Position numbers and translations under genes: made by a program. The notes below the pieces were generated by a model that worked only from the letters and a program-made list of their open reading frames with translations, was not told the DNA's origin and did no database searches. From Gammaproteobacteria bacterium (GTDB lineage: Bacteria; Pseudomonadota; Gammaproteobacteria; CBDBNL01; JAAOII01): a stretch of 64,000 nucleotides of DNA. Below are positions 21,405-30,920 of the stretch, piece by piece (the stretch's first letter is position 1; each line of letters begins with the position of its first letter). Location: contig OZ244039.1 of NCBI GenBank assembly GCA_965215225.1, positions 2,000,864 through 2,064,863 of the forward strand, read 5' to 3'.

Positions 21405-22544
21405 ATGAAGAAAACTCTCCACATCTATAGATATGGTAAATATAGATATGGTAAACGGAATGTGCCCTATTTTGAGTCTTATTTTTTACCGGATTGGGAC
21501 ATTGTTTATAATTCGCCAACCCCTCATATAGTATTTTTTTCAAGTGAGGGGGCTCTATCCAAAATTCTTGATGCCCGTATAAAATTTGGCTGGAGGCCCT
21601 TATTGTGCATGCGTCACGGTGAAGCATGGCTACCATCAAGCCACTTAATAGACTATTCTTTTTCTTTTGCCCCAACAGATAGTAAAAATTCCTGTACTAG
21701 TGGAATCCCAGGAAGGATACGGAACTTATTTACACCTGATAAACTATCAGATGATAAAGCCTGCGATCCTAGCCCTAAAATCAGAAATAGCGGCTTTTCT
21801 TCTCCAAACGACTTCAATACAAAACATTCTTTATCAACCCGTACCAAAACAAACTTTTGTAACTTCATTTATAGTGCAACACGTTTCGATAGAGAAGTTC
21901 GCGAGGACTTCTGCAAACTCCTAATGGAATACAAAAAAGTGGATTGCCCAGGAGCAGTTCTTAATAATATGAAACGAATAAGAAAATGGCAAGACAAAGG
22001 CGGCGAGCAAGCAAAATTAAAATTTATCTCCTCTTACAAATTCACCATCGCCTTCGAAAATACTTCCACCGATTACTATATTACCGAGAAAATTTTTCAT
22101 CCTCTGATGGTAGGCAGCATACCTATCTATTGGGGCTGCCCCAAAATAGAAGAATATATCAACCCAAATGCTATTATCAACTGCCATAACTACAACTCCT
22201 TCAATGAGGTAATAGAAAGAGTAAAAGAAATAGACAATAACCCAGATTTATATCAACAATATATCAATGCAAAACCTGTCCTACCTAACTCTCGTTCCTA
22301 TCAAGTTGAAAAAGAATTAAAACAAAGAATCCAACATATCGCAACAGAAGCATTAGAAAGAGGTAGGCTGCCAAAAATAAACAAACTGGCAAACCTATGG
22401 AAACTCTCTTGCTTTATTTGGCAAAATAGAAACGCGCTTTTTATCGACTTTAATATACCACCAATGCTTCGCCAAAATACGAGGCGTCGAAAACTGATTC
22501 TTCTAGTTCGTGATATAAAAAGGGCAATTGCGCAAGGTGATTAG
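21405..22544 (+). CDS. Alpha-1,3/4-fucosyltransferase-like glycosyltransferase (GT10), copy 1
   Basis: GT10 core FCNFIYS ... KFTIAFENTSTDYYITEKIFHPLMVGSIPIYWG ... NPNAIINCHNYNSF. Basic amphipathic C-terminal tail. Confidence 0.85.
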   Translation: MKKTLHIYRYGKYRYGKRNVPYFESYFLPDWDIVYNSPTPHIVFFSSEGALSKILDARIKFGWRPLLCMRHGEAWLPSSHLIDYSFSFAPTDSKNSCTSGIPGRIRNLFTPDKLSDDKACDPSPKIRNSGFSSPNDFNTKHSLSTRTKTNFCNFIYSATRFDREVREDFCKLLMEYKKVDCPGAVLNNMKRIRKWQDKGGEQAKLKFISSYKFTIAFENTSTDYYITEKIFHPLMVGSIPIYWGCPKIEEYINPNAIINCHNYNSFNEVIERVKEIDNNPDLYQQYINAKPVLPNSRSYQVEKELKQRIQHIATEALERGRLPKINKLANLWKLSCFIWQNRNALFIDFNIPPMLRQNTRRRKLILLVRDIKRAIAQGD

Positions 22545-22679
22545 TTATCGTCATATATTCTAGGCATCCCTTCATCAGACTATTCCTAGCGGGTAAGTTG
22601 ATAATAAAGAGCCCGATTAAAAAGACAAGAAAATCTATAATAAAGTTAGGACCCTAAATTTTTATAAGCTTAACTAAAT

Positions 22680-23801
22680 ATGAAGAAAACTCTCCACATC
22701 TATAACCGTGGTAAATCAAGCACAAGAGAATTTGAGCCCCGTTTTTTACCAGACTGGGACATCATCTATAATTCATCAACCCCTCATATAGTATATTTGT
22801 TCGGCGATTCTGGATTAGGCAGCATTCTGAAAGCGCGTATAAAATTTGGTTGGAACCCCCTATTGTGTATGTATTACGGTGAACCAGGCCCATTAAGGTA
22901 TGGTCACCTGGTAGATTATTCCTTCTCCTTTGCCCTAACAGATAGTAAGAATTGCTGTATTAGTCAAATCCCAAGAGAGATACGGAACTTGCTTGCATCT
23001 GATAAAGACTACCATGTGGCCATAAAATCAGAAAATAGCAGCTCTTTTTCTCCAAACGACTTTAATACAAAACACTCTTTGTCAACCCGCGCCAAAACGA
23101 GCTTTTGCAATTTCGTTTATAGTAGAGAAATAGGCAATGACAGAAAACTTCGCCGCGACTTTTGCAAACTTCTAATGAAATACAAAAAAGTAGATTGCGC
23201 CGGAGCAACTCTTAATAATACAAACCGCCTAAGAAAATACGAGGAAAGAATGGCTCCCTACCAAGCAAAACTAAACTTCATCTCCTCTTACAAATTCACC
23301 ATCGCCTTTGAAAATGCTTCCAATGATTACTACATCAGTGAGAAAATCTTTCATCCTCTAATGGTAGGCAGTGTGCCTATTTATTGGGGCTGCCTTAAAA
23401 TAGAAGAATATATCAATCCAAATGCTATTATCAACTGCCTTAACTACAACTCTTTTAATGAGGTAATAGAAAAAGTAAAAGAAATAGACAATGACCCAGA
23501 TTTATATCAAGAATACATCAACGCAAAACCTGTCCTACCAGACTCTCGTTTCTATCAGGCTGAAAGAGAATTAAAGCAAAGAGTCCAACATATTGCAACC
23601 GAAGCATTAGAAAGACGAAGGACTGTAAGAATAAACAAATGGACAGGTCTATGGAAACTCTCTTCTTTTATTTGGCAAAATAGAAAGGCTCTTTTTACCG
23701 ACTATAAAAAAGCTCTGTTATCTCGCCAGAATAAGATGCGACAAAAATTGGTTCTTCTCGTTAGTAATATAAAAAACAGAACCAAGCCACATCAAACCTA
23801 A
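22680..23801 (+). CDS. Alpha-1,3/4-fucosyltransferase-like glycosyltransferase (GT10), copy 2 (tandem paralogue)
   Basis: Same GT10 core (KFTIAFENASNDYYISEKIFHPLMVGSVPIYWG). Preceded by an almost exact copy of the leader upstream of copy 1. Confidence 0.85.
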   Translation: MKKTLHIYNRGKSSTREFEPRFLPDWDIIYNSSTPHIVYLFGDSGLGSILKARIKFGWNPLLCMYYGEPGPLRYGHLVDYSFSFALTDSKNCCISQIPREIRNLLASDKDYHVAIKSENSSSFSPNDFNTKHSLSTRAKTSFCNFVYSREIGNDRKLRRDFCKLLMKYKKVDCAGATLNNTNRLRKYEERMAPYQAKLNFISSYKFTIAFENASNDYYISEKIFHPLMVGSVPIYWGCLKIEEYINPNAIINCLNYNSFNEVIEKVKEIDNDPDLYQEYINAKPVLPDSRFYQAERELKQRVQHIATEALERRRTVRINKWTGLWKLSSFIWQNRKALFTDYKKALLSRQNKMRQKLVLLVSNIKNRTKPHQT

Positions 23802-23841
23802 GAGAGCCATCTGATGTAGAAACTATTCACTTAAAAAGAAT

Positions 23842-23974
23842 AAAATGCTTAGGCTGCAATCAACCGCTTCATCTATGCGGGGCTCCTGCTAAGACTAGCA
23901 AGAACTATTGCTGATATTGAACAAATTCAAACAACGCAGCTAAATGAAATGCTGATTATCGTCATATATTCTAA
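23842..23974 (+). pseudogene. Decayed duplicate of the last ~50 codons of comM
   Basis: Aligns by eye with comM 21125-21282 (for example ...ctattgctgatattgaaca...ttatcgtcatatattctaa) but carries indels. The first ~45 nt of the comM downstream spacer follow it. Confidence 0.75.
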
Positions 23975-24048
23975 ATATCTCATCCCTTTATCAGACTATT
24001 TCTAGTGAGCAGATTGATAATAAAGCCAACGGCTGATATAATAACCAA

Positions 24049-24459
24049 ATGATTGTATATCTTCTACTTCTCTTCATTGTCCTACCCTTGGTAGAAATCT
24101 ATATCTTTATCTTGATAGGCAGTGCTATAGGAGGCTTCACTACTATTGCCCTTATTATTCTCACCGCATGCCTAGGGGCAATTATGATGAGATCCCAGGG
24201 AATAAAGATATGGACCAAAATTAGATCTCAGCTCAATAACCATAGTCTTCCAGCCCAAGCGCTCTGGCATGGACTGTTAATTTTAATATCTGGTGTTCTC
24301 CTTATAACACCGGGGTTTATTACTGATACAGTTGGCTTTTTGCTCTTTATTCCTCAAGTGAGAATCTGGTTATTAAGAACCCTAATACATAGATGGTTGC
24401 AAAAGAAATTCACAGCCAAAATCCGCTTCATTAATGGCGAATACGACATCATAGACTAG
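24049..24459 (+). CDS. fxsA: Inner-membrane protein FxsA (UPF0716)
   Basis: PLVEIYIFILIGSAIGGFTTIALIILTACLGAIMMRSQG and ITPGFITDTVGFLLFIP are typical FxsA blocks. Confidence 0.85.
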   Translation: MIVYLLLLFIVLPLVEIYIFILIGSAIGGFTTIALIILTACLGAIMMRSQGIKIWTKIRSQLNNHSLPAQALWHGLLILISGVLLITPGFITDTVGFLLFIPQVRIWLLRTLIHRWLQKKFTAKIRFINGEYDIID

Positions 24460-24468
24460 AATCCCCTC

Positions 24469-26904
24469 ATGGAAATATTGAATTATAGAAAGCAATTCAA
24501 CCCAATAGCCATATTAGGCACCGGGACCATGGGCGCTCAACTAGCCGCCCACTTAGCAAATTGTGGAGTAGATTGTCTGCTCTTTGGTCTCACTGCCGAA
24601 GAAGATCCTCAAGCAACCGCTCAAGTAGCTCTCAATAGATTGACGAAAATGACCCCTCCTCCCTTAGTTCTACCAGAGCAAAGCCAGTATATTCAAGCAG
24701 CGGATTATAGCAAGGATCTCCAATTACTTTCCGACTGTCCACTCGTTATTGAGGCAATCAGTGAAAGCCTAGCCATAAAACAGCAACTCTACCAACGAGT
24801 AATGCCCCATCTTAGTGAAGATGCCATTCTTGCTTCTAATACTTCCGCTTTAAGCATCAACTCTCTTAGTCAACAATTAAAGCATCCCGACCGATTCTGT
24901 GGCATTCATTTTTTCAATCCCCCTAGATTTCTTCCGCTAGTAGAACTTATTGGGCACAAACACAGCAATGAAAAAACTCTCCATCTACTAGAAGGTTTTC
25001 TAACCACCGTCTTAGGCAAGGAAGTGGTAAGAGCAGAAGACAAGCCAGGTTTTATTGCGAATCGCTTAGGTATGTTCTCAATGGCGGCAGTCTTTCACTG
25101 GATGGAAAAATTCAATCTTGCGCCAGACACAGTTGACGAACTTACTGGCACCTTAATAGGAAGAGCTAAGAGCGCTTGTTTTCGCACTGCAGATTTGGTA
25201 GGTCTTGACATCTTAGAATCAGTGATGAATACGCTCGCTGAACAGCTGTCACATGATCCATGGCAAGAGCATTTCCGTCTTCCTAGCTGGCTAAAATCAT
25301 TAAAAGAACAGGGATTCCTCGGCCAAAAAACTGGTAAGGGTATTTATCACAAAACTAAAGAAGGCATACTCGTCTTTGACAAGCAACAAGGAGATTACCG
25401 TCCCATAACAAAAAACAAGAGTAAGGAAATCAAAAACATCTTCGCCGATCAAAAGAATTTTGCCGCTAGCTTAACTGCACTTGCCAATTCATCAGACCAC
25501 CAGGCCCAATTTCTTTGGTCAGTTCAACGAGACATCTTCCACTATAGTGCAGTTCATTTGGCTGACATAGCCAAGGATGTCCGTGCCATTGACAGAGCCA
25601 TGCAAAGTGGATTTGGTTGGCAAGGAGGAGTATTTGAGCTTTGGCAAAAGAGTGGTTCTGAGCTAGTTCACCAACTGATTAAAAGGGACATTAAAGAAGG
25701 CAAAACTACAGCAGACATCAGCTTGCCAGACTGGGCGAGCAAAGATTTTTATCGCGGCGATAATGCATGGTCACCACAAGAGAGAAAATACATTGCCCCG
25801 TCTTCACATCCTGTCTATAGGCGCCAACTTCTAAAGAAAACCAGTCCAACCACTTCTATTCCTTTTAATATTATCTACGAGGATGACAACCTTAGGATAA
25901 TAGATATTAAAGACAATATAGCTGTGCTGAGTTTCAAAACCAAAATGGGCACTTTGAGTTATGAATTACTCAAAAGCCTAGACAAACAACTAGATACTAT
26001 TGAAAAAGAATTCTCCGCTCTCATCATATGGCAGCCAAAGCCGCCTTTTTGCGCTGGTGCCAATCTCTATCAAATCCTGGCTGCAGCTAGGCTTGGCAAA
26101 ATAACGAAAGACAGTCTGATTAGCGATATCAAGCAAAAAGCCTTTGAAACCTTAAATCCCAAAATGCCGAAACTAGGCGATCTACCTCCTATTCAGGACA
26201 TCATCGTGGATTTACAAAATCTCTTTATGCGTCTAAAACATGGCCCTATACCAACTATTGCGGCCGTTCAAGGTCTTGCCTTGGGCGGTGGTTGTGAGCT
26301 TCTCCTCCATTGCGATAGGGTCGTGGCAGAAATGAACAGCTATATAGGTTTAGTAGAAATGGGAGTAGGAATCATCCCGGCAGGTGGTGGCTGTAAAGAA
26401 ATGGCGCGACGAGCTGCCGAGGTGCCTGGTCCTCTTTTCACCCGCCTAGCTCAATTCTTTGAACAGATAGCCCTTGCCAAGGTCTCTACCAGTGCCCAAC
26501 AAGCAAGTCAGATGTCCTATCTGCGCGCCAGTGATAAGATTATTGCAAATCCTAATGAATTACTTTATATTGCCAAAAACGAAGCCTTTAGTCTTATTGA
26601 AGCCAACTATCACCCACCGCCTCGCCGCAAAAATATACCTGTTGTGGGACGAGCTGGCAAAGCTAACTTCTTAGCCCAACTCATTAATATGAGAGAAGGG
26701 AACTTTATTTCTTCCCATGACCATCTATGCGCCCTCACCTTAGCAAACATTCTATCTGGTGATGAGTTGGATGAGAATGAACAGGTTGATGACGAATGGT
26801 TCTTGCGTCTTGAAAGAGAGGCCTTTATCAAATTGTTAAAAACAAAACTCAGTCAAGATAGAATGGAACACATGCTGAAAAAGGGCAAACCCTTAAGAAA
26901 CTAA
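24469..26904 (+). CDS. Bifunctional 3-hydroxyacyl-CoA dehydrogenase / enoyl-CoA hydratase (dehydrogenase-first, FadN-type order)
   Basis: N-terminal Rossmann motif ILGTGTMGAQLA and HFFNPP block. C-terminal crotonase motif ALGGGCELLLHCD. Confidence 0.88.
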   Translation: MEILNYRKQFNPIAILGTGTMGAQLAAHLANCGVDCLLFGLTAEEDPQATAQVALNRLTKMTPPPLVLPEQSQYIQAADYSKDLQLLSDCPLVIEAISESLAIKQQLYQRVMPHLSEDAILASNTSALSINSLSQQLKHPDRFCGIHFFNPPRFLPLVELIGHKHSNEKTLHLLEGFLTTVLGKEVVRAEDKPGFIANRLGMFSMAAVFHWMEKFNLAPDTVDELTGTLIGRAKSACFRTADLVGLDILESVMNTLAEQLSHDPWQEHFRLPSWLKSLKEQGFLGQKTGKGIYHKTKEGILVFDKQQGDYRPITKNKSKEIKNIFADQKNFAASLTALANSSDHQAQFLWSVQRDIFHYSAVHLADIAKDVRAIDRAMQSGFGWQGGVFELWQKSGSELVHQLIKRDIKEGKTTADISLPDWASKDFYRGDNAWSPQERKYIAPSSHPVYRRQLLKKTSPTTSIPFNIIYEDDNLRIIDIKDNIAVLSFKTKMGTLSYELLKSLDKQLDTIEKEFSALIIWQPKPPFCAGANLYQILAAARLGKITKDSLISDIKQKAFETLNPKMPKLGDLPPIQDIIVDLQNLFMRLKHGPIPTIAAVQGLALGGGCELLLHCDRVVAEMNSYIGLVEMGVGIIPAGGGCKEMARRAAEVPGPLFTRLAQFFEQIALAKVSTSAQQASQMSYLRASDKIIANPNELLYIAKNEAFSLIEANYHPPPRRKNIPVVGRAGKANFLAQLINMREGNFISSHDHLCALTLANILSGDELDENEQVDDEWFLRLEREAFIKLLKTKLSQDRMEHMLKKGKPLRN

Positions 26905-28085
26905 TGAACCCAGCCTATATTATTGATGCAATAAGAACACCAGTAGGCAAGTATCTCGGTGTTTTTCGCCATACCCGCCCAGACGATATGTTCGCTCTGC
27001 TTATCCAAGAATTAGCTAAGCGGAATCCAGCAATCCCTTTAGCCAAAACCGAAGACGTTATAGTAGGCTGCGCTCTACAGGAATCAGAACAGGCCTTTAA
27101 CATTGCTCGTATTGCTTTACTATTAGGTAAGCTGCCAGCATCAGTGCCCGGTTTCACTGTCAACCGACTATGCGCTTCTGGGCTTCAATCCATTGCATTG
27201 GCTGCCGAGAGAATTAGTTCAGGGCATGCCGACCTTATCCTAGCTGGCGGATTGGAAAGCATGAGTCTTGTCCCCATGCTAGGAAATAGACCAGCGTTTA
27301 ACCCGAGTATATTTGAACAAGATGATGTCGCTATAGCCTATGGCATGGGTATTACCGCAGAGAAAGTGGCAGCTAAATACAAGATCAGTCGGCAAGACCA
27401 AGATGCCTATTCACTAAGAAGTCATCAAAGGGCTTGTAAAGCACAGGAACAGGGTGATTTTAGTGATGAGATCATGCCTATCTCAGTAATCAAACGCCAA
27501 GCAGACTTAAAGGAAGGAAAGCTAAGAGAGATAGAAGAAAAGATAGCCAAAGACGAAGGACCCCGCCCAGATACCAATCTAGAAAAACTGGCTCAATTAC
27601 GCACGGTTTTTGCTGCCAAAGGATCAGTAACTGCTGGCAGCAGCTCACAAATGAGCGATGGGGCAGCCGCTCTACTACTTGCCAGTGAGAAATTAGTAAA
27701 GCAGCATCAGCTCAATCCCATGGCAAGATTTTGTGGTTTTGCCGTAGCTGGTGTTCCACCTGCTATCATGGGTATAGGGCCAATTGAAGCCATTCCACAG
27801 GTGCTCAGTCAAACCGGCCTAAGACTAGATGATATAGATTGGATTGAACTTAATGAGGCCTTTGCTGCCCAGACTCTTGCTGTTAAACGCCAACTCAACC
27901 TTGATGAAGAAAAGGTGAATCCACTAGGCGGAGCCATTGCCTTAGGTCATCCCCTTGGTGCAACCGGCTCTATTCGTTCGACTACTCTTCTGCACCAAAT
28001 GCAAAAGCGGCAACTATCTTATGGCATGGTAACCATGTGTATAGGAACCGGCATGGGTGCAGCTGGCATCTTTGCCCGTCAATGA
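26904..28085 (+). CDS. fadA: Acetyl-CoA C-acyltransferase (3-ketoacyl-CoA thiolase)
   Basis: Active-site [42 protein letters not shown] overlap with the upstream gene. Confidence 0.93.
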   Translation: MNPAYIIDAIRTPVGKYLGVFRHTRPDDMFALLIQELAKRNPAIPLAKTEDVIVGCALQESEQAFNIARIALLLGKLPASVPGFTVNRLCASGLQSIALAAERISSGHADLILAGGLESMSLVPMLGNRPAFNPSIFEQDDVAIAYGMGITAEKVAAKYKISRQDQDAYSLRSHQRACKAQEQGDFSDEIMPISVIKRQADLKEGKLREIEEKIAKDEGPRPDTNLEKLAQLRTVFAAKGSVTAGSSSQMSDGAAALLLASEKLVKQHQLNPMARFCGFAVAGVPPAIMGIGPIEAIPQVLSQTGLRLDDIDWIELNEAFAAQTLAVKRQLNLDEEKVNPLGGAIALGHPLGATGSIRSTTLLHQMQKRQLSYGMVTMCIGTGMGAAGIFARQ

Positions 28086-28097
28086 TTCAATAAACTA

Positions 28098-30836
28098 ATG
28101 AGTCACTATAATATCTTGTCTTTAGATGGCGGTGGTATTAAGGGGGTCATGACTACCCGCCTTCTTAGCTGGATGGAAAAGAGATTGCAACAGCTAGCCT
28201 CAGACCCAAATGCGCGGCTGCTAGACTTCTTTGATTTCTTTGTTGGCACCTCCACTGGCGGACTTATGCTAGCCTGCTATCTTATGCCTAGCAAAGATGG
28301 CAAGTCCTCTTTTTTCACCGCCCAAGGTGTAGAGGACCTCTATCTAGCCACCGGCGATGAAATCTTTTCGCTTAACATCTGGGAAAAAATTCTGCGTGGT
28401 CATGGGATGACTTCTGCTAAATACCCAGCTGCCAGCATCGAAAAGGTGCTGAATAAGCATTTTGGTGATATGAAATTAGACCAGTTGCTTAAGCCCTGTC
28501 TCATCACTTCTTATGATCTAAGTACCAACACTAGGCTATTTTTTCGCCAACACCGGGCGCAAAAACAACCAAAAAACAACTTCTATTTGCGCGACATCTG
28601 CCGCGCCACCACCAGCGCGCCCACCTACTTTCCGCCCGTATCAATTAAGAGCATGACTAAACAAGAGTATTTGTGCATAGACGGTGGTATCTTCGCCCAT
28701 AACCCATCTATTTTTGGATATGCTGAGTTAAGACGATTGGATAATGAAGCAGGCGCGCGCAATATGCTAATGTTTTCAATAGGGACAGGTGAGTTTCTCG
28801 ATAAATTTGATGAGAAAGAAGTAAAGAGTTGGGGCAAATTGGAATGGTATAGACCCTTAGTGGCTCTTATGTCTAATGGTCATACCGGAAATACCGATTT
28901 CCAAATGGAAATGATCTTCCGCGAACACAGTGATCACTATCTAAGAGTAGATCCAAACCTGACAAATAAGCAAACAAGTAGTTTAGATCTAGCAACAAAA
29001 GAAAATATTGACAATTTGCTTGCAGCAGCAGATAACTATATTACAGAAAATGAGGTAGAGCTTATGGACTTCATTGAAAGGCTATATAGAAGAAAACTTC
29101 AGCGCCCAAGCAGTGTCTTTGATAAGATAGCCGATATTTCCATTAGCCCTTTCTGGCGCCAAAGCTACCCACCTGAGGTGCCACATGCTATCAATCCAGA
29201 TGCCTATCCAAATATTCTTGCTATGATGGAAGAAGCCTGTTCAAAATATAGCAATCGCATCGCTTTGGAACAGTTCGGTCATTCTTTCACCTATGGTCAA
29301 TGTCATAAATATATTAACTATCTAGCTGCCTGGTTACAAACTGTTGCTGATATTCAACCAGGCGATCGGGTGGCAATCATGATGCCTAATTGTCCACAAT
29401 ATATCATTACTGCCTTTGCTGCCCTCAAAGTAGGTGGAGTAGTTGTTAATGTCAATCCTATATATACTACGCCAGAATTAGAGCACCTGCTTAAACAATC
29501 CGCGCCAAAAATTATAATTTGCTGGGATGGGGCTGCCCACATAGTTTCTGGCTGCTCGGCAGAATTAATTCCTAATCATCAACTCATTACCAGTCTAGGA
29601 GATATGCTCCCTGCATATAAAGGAACTTCCATCAATGTTCTATTAAGGGCGCGTGGCATGATCAAATCACATGGACGCCTCAGCCGGGTCACCAAATGGC
29701 TAAGGGCGCTCACTAGAGGAAGGCACTTAAATCTCTACCGCCCGATAGTCAAGAATGAAGACCTTGCTTTCCTCCAGTTCACTGGCGGCACCACTGGCGA
29801 CCCCAAAGCGGCTATGCTTACTCATCGTAATCTCATTGCCAATATGCTACAAGCAAAGGCTTGCCTTAGTGAAGAATTTCTTAGCCAGGATAAGGAACAG
29901 CGAGTTTCCATTACTGCCCTACCTCTTTACCATATATTCGCTCTCATGGCAAATGGGTTACTTTTCTTTCATCTAGGAATGAAGAATGTGCTAATAGCCA
30001 ATGCACGCGACATTGATACCTTAATAACGGTTATGAGCAAACATCCCTTTCATGGCTTTGCCGGTGTGAACACCTTATTTAAGGCGCTCCTTGCTCATCC
30101 TAAATTTTCTTCCATCAATTTTGACAAGCTGTTGTTGACTCTCGGTGGAGGCATGGCAGTACAAAAATCCGTTGCCGAAGAGTGGCACCAGATAACCGGT
30201 TGCCATCTTTCTCAAGCCTACGGGCTAACCGAGGCATCTCCCGCGGTTACAATCAATCCCTTTACTGTTGCTAAGTTCAATGGCAGTATTGGATTAGCCA
30301 TTCCCTCTACCGAAGTAGCCATAGTAGATGACAAATATAGTCCTTTGCCGATTGGAGAAGTAGGATTGCTTTTTGTTCGCGGCCCTCAAGTAATGGCAGG
30401 CTACTGGAAAAAAACAGACGCTACCAGCATGGACCTTAGTCTAGACGGCTGGCTAAATACCGGCGACCTTGCTTACATAGACCAAAAAGGATTTGTCTAT
30501 TTGGTGGATCGCGCTAAAGACATGATTATTGTATCTGGTTTCAATGTCTATCCCAATGAAGTAGAAGAGGTGGTAGATGCCCATCCTAAGGTAGTAGAGA
30601 GTGGCTGTATTGGGGTGCCAGACTCACAAAGTGGTGAGGCAGTAAAAGTATTTGTTGTTATCGAACCAGGCATGAGCTGTACCAAAGAAGAAATACTAGC
30701 ACATTGTAAAAAGTCTCTGACTGCTTACAAAATACCTGACCAGATAGAATTTGTAACCAGCCTGGCCAAGAGTCCAGTAGGAAAAATTCTCAGAAAGGAA
30801 CTTCATAAATTAGAACAAACTGGTAACAAATCATAG
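28098..30836 (+). CDS. Fusion protein: N-terminal patatin-like phospholipase + C-terminal long-chain-fatty-acid-CoA ligase (FadD-like)
   Basis: Patatin motifs LDGGGIKG, GTSTGG (GxSxG) and IDGGIFAHNP (DGG). From about aa 345 it is FadD-like: YPPEVPHAINPDAYPN, FTGGTTGDPKAAMLTHRNL, AYGLTEASP, TGDLAY, SPVGKILRKEL. One uninterrupted 912-aa ORF. Confidence 0.85.
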   Translation: MSHYNILSLDGGGIKGVMTTRLLSWMEKRLQQLASDPNARLLDFFDFFVGTSTGGLMLACYLMPSKDGKSSFFTAQGVEDLYLATGDEIFSLNIWEKILRGHGMTSAKYPAASIEKVLNKHFGDMKLDQLLKPCLITSYDLSTNTRLFFRQHRAQKQPKNNFYLRDICRATTSAPTYFPPVSIKSMTKQEYLCIDGGIFAHNPSIFGYAELRRLDNEAGARNMLMFSIGTGEFLDKFDEKEVKSWGKLEWYRPLVALMSNGHTGNTDFQMEMIFREHSDHYLRVDPNLTNKQTSSLDLATKENIDNLLAAADNYITENEVELMDFIERLYRRKLQRPSSVFDKIADISISPFWRQSYPPEVPHAINPDAYPNILAMMEEACSKYSNRIALEQFGHSFTYGQCHKYINYLAAWLQTVADIQPGDRVAIMMPNCPQYIITAFAALKVGGVVVNVNPIYTTPELEHLLKQSAPKIIICWDGAAHIVSGCSAELIPNHQLITSLGDMLPAYKGTSINVLLRARGMIKSHGRLSRVTKWLRALTRGRHLNLYRPIVKNEDLAFLQFTGGTTGDPKAAMLTHRNLIANMLQAKACLSEEFLSQDKEQRVSITALPLYHIFALMANGLLFFHLGMKNVLIANARDIDTLITVMSKHPFHGFAGVNTLFKALLAHPKFSSINFDKLLLTLGGGMAVQKSVAEEWHQITGCHLSQAYGLTEASPAVTINPFTVAKFNGSIGLAIPSTEVAIVDDKYSPLPIGEVGLLFVRGPQVMAGYWKKTDATSMDLSLDGWLNTGDLAYIDQKGFVYLVDRAKDMIIVSGFNVYPNEVEEVVDAHPKVVESGCIGVPDSQSGEAVKVFVVIEPGMSCTKEEILAHCKKSLTAYKIPDQIEFVTSLAKSPVGKILRKELHKLEQTGNKS

Positions 30837-30920
30837 AGAAGCCATAAAAAAATAATAAACTTCTTCTTTCTTTATAAAACTAATCTCTTCTTATAATATC
30901 GCCGACAAATAAGCTTGCTT

